This document shows, piece by piece, positions 10,966 through 18,506 of a DNA stretch of 41,865 bases; position 1 is the stretch's first letter; every line of letters starts with the position of its first letter. Made by a program: the position numbers and the translations under genes. Origin of the DNA: an uncultured Dehalococcoidia bacterium (GTDB lineage Bacteria > Chloroflexota > Dehalococcoidia > SZUA-161 > SpSt-899); the NCBI GenBank assembly GCA_965612975.1, contig CBFDTP010000002.1, positions 1 to 41,865 on the forward strand. The letters run 5' to 3'. The notes beneath the pieces were generated by a model. The model saw only the letters and a program-made list of their open reading frames with translations. It searched no databases and was not told the origin of the DNA.

Positions 10966-10986
10966 TTCCTTTGGAAAGGAGGCCCC

Positions 10987-11238
10987 ATGGAGAAGGAAGC
11001 TGCATCTACTGCTGAAGCCCTGGCCAAGACGAGGACCTATGGGCAGGTCAGATGTCATAACCCAAGCTGTATGGAGAGGATTAGCGTACCCCCTGGAGTT
11101 AAGACCATCAAATGCCCCACCTGTGGCCTGGAGTGGCGGGTCGTCTGGGTTAGCCCCGATGTTCCTCGTATTCGAGGACCGGTATGGGACGTAAATCGGC
11201 AAATAGCCCAAGAGGCAGCGAAGAAGGAGGGCAAGTAA
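10987..11238 (+). CDS. Small zinc-ribbon protein (83 aa), function unknown
   Basis: CHNPSC...CPTC forms two Cys pairs. The RBS is GGAAAGGAGG. The stop lies 1 nt before the AOR ATG, which suggests translational coupling. Confidence 0.6.
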   Translation: MEKEAASTAEALAKTRTYGQVRCHNPSCMERISVPPGVKTIKCPTCGLEWRVVWVSPDVPRIRGPVWDVNRQIAQEAAKKEGK

Positions 11239-11239
11239 G

Positions 11240-13168
11240 ATGGCGTTGAACCGGAAGATCGCTTACATTGATCTCTCCACGGGTAAAATTGAGACCCGTC
11301 CCATCCCCCTGGAGATGCGGAAGCTGTATCTCGGTGGCCGTGGTCTTGATATGTACCTGCTGTACAATCACGTTCAGCCGGGCATTGACCCCCTGGGGCC
11401 GGATAACGTGCTTTTGGTTAGCGCTGGAATTTTAGCCGGCACGCTGGCCTCAGCCACCGCCCGAACCCACATGGCCGCCAGGTCTCCACTGACCGGTTTT
11501 CTGGGCAGCACCAACATGGGAGGTTTCTTTGCCCCCGAGCTGCGATTCGCTGGCTTCGATCATCTGGTGATAAAGGGCAAGGCGGAGAAGCCCTCCTACC
11601 TCTGGATCCATAACGGTGAGATAGAGATAAGGGACGCCAGCCATCTTTGGGGTTTGACCACTCACGCCGCCCAGCAGGCCATCAGGAGGGAGCTTGGCGA
11701 TGAGGATGTTAAGATAGCCGTTATCGGTCCAGCGGGTGAGAACTTGGTGAGATTTGCCAACGTTATCACGGGCCTCAAGAATGCCGCTGGTAGAACTGGG
11801 CTGGGAGCGGTCTTTGGCTCCAAGAACCTTAAGGCCATAGCTGTCAGGGGGACTATGGACATAAAGATAGCCCACCCCGATGAGGCCCTGGAATACAACA
11901 AGAAGTTCATCTCCCACATCACCAGCTCCAAGGTGAATATCACTCAGGGCAAACTTGGCACTCCCTTCATCTGGGGGGCTACCAACTCCTGGGGTGGTAT
12001 AAGGACCAGGAACTTCCAGCTCAATCAGCTCGAGTACGCCGATGATGTCGAGCCCGAGAGGCTCGATGAGCTGGCCACCGAGACCTTCGGACCTTATCAT
12101 ATGGCAGGTTGTTTTGCCTGCCAGGTTCACTGCCGCGGCCGGTATCGGGTTCCCCCGGGTTATCCCCACGCTGGGGAATATGATGAGGGCCCGGAGTATA
12201 CCTCTCAGGGCGCCTTCGCCGGGGAGCCTGATTGCCGCAGCGGGGGCTTAATTCTGGAGTGCAACCATCTGGTAAATATGTGGGGTCTGGATAACTTGGA
12301 AACAGGTAGCCTCATCTCCTGGGCCATGGAGCTTTATGAGAAGGGAATCCTTACCAGTGAGGATACCGATGGCCTGGATCTGAGGTTTGGCAACGAGGAA
12401 GCGCTGATGGAGATGATTCGCCGCATCACCTTCCGAGAAGGGCTGGGTGACATCCTAGCCGAGGGAGGGCTTCGAGCGGCGGAGAAGATCGGCAAGGATG
12501 CGATCAAATACCTCATTCACGTTAAGGGGATGAGCAACCTGCACTCCGATGAGCGTGCTACCCCGGCCCTGGCCCTGGGCATAGCCACTGGCTCCCGGGG
12601 TTCGGACCACCTGAGGAGCCGACCGGCCATTGATCTCTACCACCTGCCGGAGCCCGTTCTCCGGAAGATCTACAGCAACCCGATCCCCTATGATGGGCCT
12701 CTAAGCTCGGATCATCGTGAGTATGTGGGGAAGCCCTGGCAGGTCTTCTGGCAGGAGATGTGTTATGAGGCGGTGGACTGCCTGGGCATCTGCAAGTATC
12801 ACACCACCTTCCTCGGAGCCACCCTGCCCAACTTTGAGGACTGGTCCAAGGTGCTTTACTTGAACACTGGACTGGAGATGTCTCCTTTGGACATTTGGAC
12901 CGTGGCCGAGCGAGCTTACAATTTAGAAAGGCTTTTCAATCTCAGAGAGGGCTTGAAGAGAGAGCATGATTGGTTGGTAGATCGCTACTTCGATGAGCCC
13001 TGCAAACTCGGAGCGCCCGGAGTTGTTGGGGCCAAGATAGATCGGGAGAAGTTCAAGAAGATGATCGATGAATACTATGAGTACCATGGCTGGGATGAGA
13101 ACGGAGTTCCTCGACCGGAGACCCTTGAAAGGCTGGGGTTGGATAAGGAACCATCCCATCGGCTCTAA
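11240..13168 (+). CDS. aor: Aldehyde:ferredoxin oxidoreductase family enzyme (tungstopterin / [4Fe-4S])
   Basis: The N-terminus (IAYIDLSTGKIE...YLGGRGL) and the domain 2/3 blocks, at ~640 aa, are typical of the AOR family. Confidence 0.9.
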   Translation: MALNRKIAYIDLSTGKIETRPIPLEMRKLYLGGRGLDMYLLYNHVQPGIDPLGPDNVLLVSAGILAGTLASATARTHMAARSPLTGFLGSTNMGGFFAPELRFAGFDHLVIKGKAEKPSYLWIHNGEIEIRDASHLWGLTTHAAQQAIRRELGDEDVKIAVIGPAGENLVRFANVITGLKNAAGRTGLGAVFGSKNLKAIAVRGTMDIKIAHPDEALEYNKKFISHITSSKVNITQGKLGTPFIWGATNSWGGIRTRNFQLNQLEYADDVEPERLDELATETFGPYHMAGCFACQVHCRGRYRVPPGYPHAGEYDEGPEYTSQGAFAGEPDCRSGGLILECNHLVNMWGLDNLETGSLISWAMELYEKGILTSEDTDGLDLRFGNEEALMEMIRRITFREGLGDILAEGGLRAAEKIGKDAIKYLIHVKGMSNLHSDERATPALALGIATGSRGSDHLRSRPAIDLYHLPEPVLRKIYSNPIPYDGPLSSDHREYVGKPWQVFWQEMCYEAVDCLGICKYHTTFLGATLPNFEDWSKVLYLNTGLEMSPLDIWTVAERAYNLERLFNLREGLKREHDWLVDRYFDEPCKLGAPGVVGAKIDREKFKKMIDEYYEYHGWDENGVPRPETLERLGLDKEPSHRL

Positions 13169-13192
13169 TTTCTGCTAGAGAGGAGGAAATAG

Positions 13193-13693
13193 ATGGCTAA
13201 GGTTCTGATGATCGACTATGAAAAATGCACCGGTTGCCGCCTGTGTGAGCTGGTGTGCTCGGTGAAGCATGAAGGGGTGTGCAACCCTTCCCGAAGTCGG
13301 ATAAAGATAGTCAAGTGGGAGTGGGAAGGCCGTTATGTGCCGATGACCTGCCAGCAGTGTGAGTCGGCCCCTTGCATGGCGGTCTGTCCGGTGAAGGCCA
13401 TCTCTCGCGATGAGGTATTGGGGCGGGTGGTGATTGATTATGATCAGTGCATCGGCTGCCGGATGTGCGTGGCCATCTGCCCCTTTGGTGGAATGAGCTT
13501 CGATAGCATAGGTAAAAGGGTCGTAAAGTGCGACCTGTGTGATGGTGACCCACAGTGTGTCCGCTTCTGTGAGGTGGGGGCGGTGCAGTACGTTGAAGCC
13601 GATCGGGTTAGCTTGATCAAGCAAAGAGCAGCAGCGGAGAGGTTCTCTGCTTTGCTACAAAAGGTCAGTGCAGCGATAGCAGCTGCTTTGTAA
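13193..13693 (+). CDS. 4Fe-4S polyferredoxin-like electron-transfer subunit (AorA/DmsB-like)
   Basis: Repeated CxxCxxCxxxC motifs (CTGCRLCELVC, CQQCESAPCMAVC, CIGCRMCVAIC, CDLCDG...C). It lies directly downstream of the AOR gene. Confidence 0.85.
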   Translation: MAKVLMIDYEKCTGCRLCELVCSVKHEGVCNPSRSRIKIVKWEWEGRYVPMTCQQCESAPCMAVCPVKAISRDEVLGRVVIDYDQCIGCRMCVAICPFGGMSFDSIGKRVVKCDLCDGDPQCVRFCEVGAVQYVEADRVSLIKQRAAAERFSALLQKVSAAIAAAL

Positions 13694-13781
13694 CCACTGT
13701 TTAACTTAGTTACCTTTTGAGCTGGGGGTGTGGAGTATCCCTGGCTCTTATCTGTAGGGCAGGTCTCAAGGCCCTTGTGCG

Positions 13782-14891
13782 TTAAGGTTGCAGGCTTCTT
13801 CTCTGGAATAGGAACACCCCTAAGGCAAAGGAAATCAGGGTCCAAACGACCAGGATGAGAAGATCGGTCAGAACCATGCTGAAGGAAGTTCCCAGGGAAA
13901 TGACGTGTCGCGAGGCCTCACAGGCATAGTAAAAGGGGAATAGCTTGGCCAGCCAGAGAAGGGCTGGATGCATTCCCTCAACTGGGAACCAGGCTCCCGA
14001 GAGCATGGCCATGGGAATCAGGAAAATCCAGCAGATCGGCTCTCCTTGTGCTTCAGAGCGGGCCAGTGAGCCGATGATCAGACCAAATCCTAAACAGCAA
14101 AGCCCGCAGAGGAAGAAAAAGCCGAAAGCCAATCCCAGGTTACCTACAGCTCTAAGCCCCATGGGAAAGGCCACCACGAGGTAGATAATTATCTGAATTA
14201 TGGCAACGAGGGCCATCGGCAGGTAATAACCCAGGAGGAAATCCCCCGCCCTCATGGGCGTAGTACGCAGTCGAGCTAGAAAGCCTGTCTCCTTATCCTT
14301 GGTCATCGTTCGCACCAGCGTAGGGATAAGGATCATCAATCCGTAGATTATCATCCCCACAGCAATAAAGTTGAAATAACTTCGCTCCACGTTTATCTGC
14401 ATGCCTTTTTCCTCAAAGTCCAGGGGCACTTCTATGCCGGCAAAGGCCAGAGCGGCTGCCCTCGTCATCGAAGTGGCTCGAACAACCACCCATTGTTTCG
14501 TCTCATCATATACGAGCTTTAACGGAATGTGGGAGTCCATTCCCCTCCGTGTTTGCTGGATCCTCTCCCCGAACCCCTGAGGAATTATGAGGTAGCCCAG
14601 AAGATGCCCTTTTTTAACTTCTTCTCGAGCTTCAGATTCCTTGTCGAAGGATTTAACCTCGAAAGAGGGAGCTTCAGGTGGGAAATTCTTCAGGAGCTTC
14701 ACGAAGCCCGCTGAGGTTGCGGTGCTATCCTGGTCTATCACCCCGAGGGAAAGCTTGCTCTGGTGCTCTTCCCCGAAGGCAAAGCCAAAAATGAGCATGA
14801 AGGCCAGAGGCATGCCGATAAGAAAGCCTAAGGCTATCGGGTCACGCCAAATGTTCAAAAAATTACGCCTGGCAAATTCGAGGAACCTCAT
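13782..14891 (-). CDS. ABC-2 type transporter permease
   Basis: It has an N-terminal TM helix, a large extracytoplasmic loop and a C-terminal cluster of ~5 TM helices. It abuts the ATPase gene with a 1-nt gap. Confidence 0.8.
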   Translation of the reverse strand: MRFLEFARRNFLNIWRDPIALGFLIGMPLAFMLIFGFAFGEEHQSKLSLGVIDQDSTATSAGFVKLLKNFPPEAPSFEVKSFDKESEAREEVKKGHLLGYLIIPQGFGERIQQTRRGMDSHIPLKLVYDETKQWVVVRATSMTRAAALAFAGIEVPLDFEEKGMQINVERSYFNFIAVGMIIYGLMILIPTLVRTMTKDKETGFLARLRTTPMRAGDFLLGYYLPMALVAIIQIIIYLVVAFPMGLRAVGNLGLAFGFFFLCGLCCLGFGLIIGSLARSEAQGEPICWIFLIPMAMLSGAWFPVEGMHPALLWLAKLFPFYYACEASRHVISLGTSFSMVLTDLLILVVWTLISFALGVFLFQRRSLQP

Positions 14892-14892
14892 T

Positions 14893-15825
14893 TTATTCCC
14901 TCAGCTTCTTTCCCGTGAGGTGCAAGAAGACGTCCTCCAGTGTGGGTCCCTCTCGGGAGGCCGAAACTACCTCTATGCCTCGGGAGTAAAGGAAGTCCAC
15001 CACTTCCTTCAGGTCGATTTTGTCCTGAACGATATTGACCCCAAACTCATTCTCCTCCACATGGCGGTACTTCGAGCGAAGTTCCTCCACCACTTTCCCA
15101 ATCAGGCCTTTAGCCGCAACTTTGAGCACGCCGGCCTGAACAAAGCTGCTCTTTAATTCCTCCGGTGTTCCCAGGGCTACGATCCTCCCCCGGTCGATGA
15201 TGGCTACCCGGTCGGAAAGGAAATCGGCCTCCTCCATATAGTGAGTGGTTAGGAGGATCGTTTTCCTGCCCTTGAGGTCCGAGATGTATTCCCAGATGGC
15301 TCTCCTGGCCTGGGGGTCAAGCCCCAGCGTAGGTTCATCCAGGAAAAGAACCTCCGGATCGTGAATCAGAGCGGTAACGATGTTAAGCCTCCGCCTCATG
15401 CCCCCGGAATATTTCTTCACCTGATCCTTTGCCCGTTCAAGGAGCCCCACTTGCTCAAGAAGCTGCTCCGACCTTTGGCGAACTTGCTTCCCGCTAAGTC
15501 CGTAGATGTGGCCAAAGAGGGCCAAGTTCTCCCAGGCGTTGAGCTTCTCCGAGAGCACCGTCTCTTGGGTGGATACCCCAATGTGGTATTTGACCTCCCT
15601 TGGCTGGCTCCGGATGTCAAAGCCTGCAACTTTAGCCGTCCCCGAAGTGGGCCGAAGGAGACAGCAGAGCAGATTGATGGTGGTGGTCTTGCCAGCGCCG
15701 TTGGGCCCCAAGAGGGCAAAAAGCTCCCCCTGCTCAATTTGGAGGTTTAGCTTGTTTACAGCTCTTAGTCCATTGAAGTCTCTGGTGAGCTCGAAAGTCT
15801 CTACCGCTGCCTTCCGGTGACTCAT
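14893..15825 (-). CDS. ABC transporter ATP-binding protein (DrrA/ABC-2 exporter type)
   Basis: Walker A GPNGAGKTT, signature YSGGMRRRL, Walker B LFLDEPTLGLD, and a C-terminal extension domain. Confidence 0.9.
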   Translation of the reverse strand: MSHRKAAVETFELTRDFNGLRAVNKLNLQIEQGELFALLGPNGAGKTTTINLLCCLLRPTSGTAKVAGFDIRSQPREVKYHIGVSTQETVLSEKLNAWENLALFGHIYGLSGKQVRQRSEQLLEQVGLLERAKDQVKKYSGGMRRRLNIVTALIHDPEVLFLDEPTLGLDPQARRAIWEYISDLKGRKTILLTTHYMEEADFLSDRVAIIDRGRIVALGTPEELKSSFVQAGVLKVAAKGLIGKVVEELRSKYRHVEENEFGVNIVQDKIDLKEVVDFLYSRGIEVVSASREGPTLEDVFLHLTGKKLRE

Positions 15826-15860
15826 TCCTTATCCCGCTACCGGGCCTAGAAGCGGTTGAT

Positions 15861-15890
15861 ATTGTATTAAAAGTATAACTCTCCTGTCAA
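15861..15890 (-). promoter_or_regulatory. Candidate sigma-70 promoter for the ABC-2 operon (TTGACA-18-TACAAT on the minus strand)
   Basis: The reverse complement of 15885-15890 is TTGACA, followed by an 18-nt spacer, and the reverse complement of 15861-15866 is TACAAT. Confidence 0.5.
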
Positions 15891-15916
15891 TCGGCCGCCC
15901 AACGTTTTATTTTGCA

Positions 15917-15950
15917 GTGCAGTACGTTGAAGCTGGCTGGGTCAGCCAGT
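15917..15950 (+). repeat. Non-coding relic copy of the 3' end of the ferredoxin gene (17-nt exact repeat of 13583-13599 plus degenerate in-frame continuation)
   Basis: GTGCAGTACGTTGAAGC is identical at 13583-13599 and 15917-15933. Translation of the second copy gives AVQYVEAGWVSQL, against AVQYVEADRVSLI in the intact gene. Confidence 0.6.
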
Positions 15951-15959
15951 TGCCTCGGC

Positions 15960-16559
15960 TTAGAAGAAGCGCCGCATCCAGCAGAGCGTTCTTCCTCCTA
16001 CCAGGCATTCCTTATCCACCGCAAAGCTTTCCTTTAAATATAGCCGAAAGGCGGGCGTATCTTTGTCGGCCACCAGGATTACCCCCTTGAAATTACTTCG
16101 CTTGGCCTCTTCATGGAGGAAATGCAGCATACGGCGTCCAAAGCCTTGCCTTTGATAAGCGGGCCGTGTTCCCAAAATCACCAGCTCAAGGTAGCGGTCT
16201 TCATATTCAGGCTCTTCCTTGTGAACGAGTTCCAGCTCCTTGGCTGAGCGCCAGCCCAGCGTCCAGCATAGGGTGAGGACGAACCTGATGAGCGCCAGCG
16301 GTGATGGCTCGACGACTGAGTCCACGGAGACCGAGGCGCAGACGAGCTTGCCGGCTTCCCGGAGGCCATAAAACCAGGAACCCTGACTGCTTCCGAAAAA
16401 ATCGAGAAAGGCCTTCATTACTCCTCTTGTTGCTCCCGGCTTGTGGCTGAGGGCCGGGACCAGCGGGTGATGACCGGTAAAGGCCTCGATGAGCAGGTCA
16501 AGCAGCTCACGCCTATTGGCCTTCCCGAGCCTTTCCACTTTCTGGAGCGGCTTTTCCAA
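15960..16559 (-). CDS. GNAT family N-acetyltransferase
   Basis: Acetyl-CoA motif QRQGFGRRML, ~200 aa, apparent TTG start. It lies 48 nt downstream of padR on the same strand. Confidence 0.75.
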   Translation of the reverse strand: MEKPLQKVERLGKANRRELLDLLIEAFTGHHPLVPALSHKPGATRGVMKAFLDFFGSSQGSWFYGLREAGKLVCASVSVDSVVEPSPLALIRFVLTLCWTLGWRSAKELELVHKEEPEYEDRYLELVILGTRPAYQRQGFGRRMLHFLHEEAKRSNFKGVILVADKDTPAFRLYLKESFAVDKECLVGGRTLCWMRRFF

Positions 16560-16607
16560 GACTGCCCCCTCTGCCTGGGACTCTATTCTAATCTTTGCCT
16601 TTGACTG

Positions 16608-17159
16608 CTAAAGAAGCCCTCTCTCAAGCTTTTCCAAAACTGCCTCAAGCCATTTGATTTCGCTCTCAAGCCGGAGCAGCCCGTGGTCGAAGAGGGCTTT
16701 CATTATTTCCAGATAGCTTTCTTGCTGGTGCGACTTCAGTGCCTCGGCTTTTTCCTTCTCAAGGCTTTGGAGTTCTTTCCGCAATAGCTCTTTTCGACGC
16801 TGTAGATGTTCCCTTAGCTCCCCGGGTGGTAGAGCTCGGGCGAAGCGGATGACGATGTCCAGCGGGGCAATTCTCTTCTCAATCTTGACCAGGTTTTCCC
16901 GCAGCAGGCGCAGGAATTCTTTCTTGCCCTTTTCGGTGATTTGATAGACATCGCGCGGAGGGCGTCTCCCTCGCTGCGCCGTGGTGAGCTTCTCGATAAA
17001 TCCCCCTTGGGCTAGCTTATTCAGAGCGAAGTAGATCGCCCCATAGGAAATGTCAGCATATTCCTCCATATGCTCGTGCTTAATTCTCTGCCTTACCTCA
17101 TATCCATGCATTGGGCCTTCTTCGAGAAGAAGGCCTAGAAGGATTAGTTTAGTACTCAT
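16608..17159 (-). CDS. PadR family transcriptional regulator
   Basis: Winged-helix N-terminus (LGLLLEEGPMHGYEVRQRI...SYGAIYFALNKL) with a long C-terminal coiled-coil domain. Confidence 0.85.
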   Translation of the reverse strand: MSTKLILLGLLLEEGPMHGYEVRQRIKHEHMEEYADISYGAIYFALNKLAQGGFIEKLTTAQRGRRPPRDVYQITEKGKKEFLRLLRENLVKIEKRIAPLDIVIRFARALPPGELREHLQRRKELLRKELQSLEKEKAEALKSHQQESYLEIMKALFDHGLLRLESEIKWLEAVLEKLERGLL

Positions 17160-17185
17160 TTTATCTCGTATATTCTAGCTAAAAT

Positions 17186-17213
17186 ACTATAGAACTTAAA
17201 TTATAGCTGTCAA
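17186..17213 (-). promoter_or_regulatory. Candidate sigma-70 promoter for padR-GNAT (TTGACA-16-TATAGT on the minus strand)
   Basis: The reverse complement of 17208-17213 is TTGACA, followed by a 16-nt spacer, and the reverse complement of 17186-17191 is TATAGT. The region is AT-rich. Confidence 0.45.
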
Positions 17214-17261
17214 GTCTTATAAGGGTCATCAAACCAAGCGCAGGGCTTAAAGTTGGGCCAG

Positions 17262-18248
17262 CTATTTGGTTCCTTCCAGCTTTTCGAGCTGCCTTCTTTT
17301 GCCAATTACCACCAGTTGATCGCCGGGCTCGATGAACATCTCCGCCTCCGGCTTGGGAATAAGGGTGCCATCCTTCTTCCGCAGGGCGAGGATGGTCAAT
17401 CCGGAAAGCTTCTCCCCCTCGCTAATCCTCTTCCCGGAGAGAGGGGACTCGGCTACCACCTCAATGTCCTCCAGCTCAAGGGGACTGCTTGGCTTGCCGA
17501 AGACGGTGTCGATGAAATCCACTGCCAGGGGGCGAAGGGCCAGCATGGCCATGCGCCGACCACCGAGGCGCAGGGGAAAGACGACCCGATTGGCCCCCGC
17601 CCGCTCGAGCTTGGGCACTGTGTCCTCGCTGCTCGTCCGGGCAACGATGAAGAGCCTTGGGTTGAGCTCCCTGGCGGAGAGGGTGATGAAGATGTTCTCG
17701 GCATCGCTGCCCGTCGCCGCGATCAGCCCGCGGGCCCGGCCAATTCCCGCCTCCTTGAGCACCTCGTCGGAGCTGCCGCTCCCGACGAGGTAGAGATAGC
17801 CCTGCTGTTTGGCCTCGGCACAGGCTGCCTCATTCGGGTCGATGATGACGAAGGAGGCCTTGCTCCTCGAGAAAGCCGCAGCCACCTCCTTCCCCACCCG
17901 CCCGTAGCCACAGATGATGAAGTGATTTTTAAGCTTGGAGATCTGATTTTTCATCCTTCGCCTCCACATGATCCCTTCAATGCCCTGTTCTATGAAGTAT
18001 CCCACGATCGCCGTCGCAGTGTAGAACATGACCCCAACCCCACCTACGATGAGGAAGCTGGTGAAGGCCCTCCCCGCCTGGGTTAGTTCGTGAACCTCTT
18101 TGTATCCTACGGTGCTCAGGGTAATGATGGTCATGAAGATGGAGTCGGAGAAGCTCCATCCCTCGATGAGCATGTAGCCACCGGCACCGATCAGGATGAG
18201 CAGGAATAGAGCGCCAATCCCCCAGATAAAGCGGCGTCGGGCCGTCAT
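17262..18248 (-). CDS. 2-TM pore-loop cation channel with cytoplasmic RCK (TrkA-N/TrkA-C) domains, MthK-like, atypical filter TVGYKE
   Basis: M1 helix, pore helix, TLSTVGYKE and M2 helix are followed by a Rossmann GYGRVG motif (TrkA-N) and a TrkA-C domain. The ATG at 18248, preceded by GGTGAGAGG, is preferred over the GTG at 18257. Confidence 0.8.
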   Translation of the reverse strand: MTARRRFIWGIGALFLLILIGAGGYMLIEGWSFSDSIFMTIITLSTVGYKEVHELTQAGRAFTSFLIVGGVGVMFYTATAIVGYFIEQGIEGIMWRRRMKNQISKLKNHFIICGYGRVGKEVAAAFSRSKASFVIIDPNEAACAEAKQQGYLYLVGSGSSDEVLKEAGIGRARGLIAATGSDAENIFITLSARELNPRLFIVARTSSEDTVPKLERAGANRVVFPLRLGGRRMAMLALRPLAVDFIDTVFGKPSSPLELEDIEVVAESPLSGKRISEGEKLSGLTILALRKKDGTLIPKPEAEMFIEPGDQLVVIGKRRQLEKLEGTK

Positions 18249-18307
18249 CCCTCTCACCTAAAGCATAGCTGAACCAGCCCGAGGAAGCAATGCGTGCTCG
18301 ACTTAGC

Positions 18308-18336
18308 TTGATAGATATCACCGTGAATGTTAAAAT
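18308..18336 (+). promoter_or_regulatory. Candidate sigma-70 promoter upstream of tig (TTGATA-17-TAAAAT)
   Basis: TTGATA at 18308-18313, a 17-nt spacer, and TAAAAT at 18331-18336. This would give a ~165-nt purine-rich leader. Confidence 0.45.
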
Positions 18337-18506
18337 TGGCGAGTGGATTTGGTGGAAGAGGGTGAGACCAGAGGAGAACGCCGGGAAAGGCGGCGGAGGA
18401 AAAGGCGACGGAAGATGCTACAGCATGGCAAGGCCTTTATCGGGTTTACCGCGATGCCATTTCTAAACGCCTGCGCCGGAAGGAAGATTGACCCCCTGGA
18501 GGAGGA

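Noticed and set aside
15935-15950. The hairpin CTGGCT-N5-AGCCAG downstream of the GNAT gene, considered as a terminator.
   Set aside because: The stem is only 6 bp with no adjacent U-tract on the minus strand. The sequence is better explained as part of the ferredoxin 3'-end relic.
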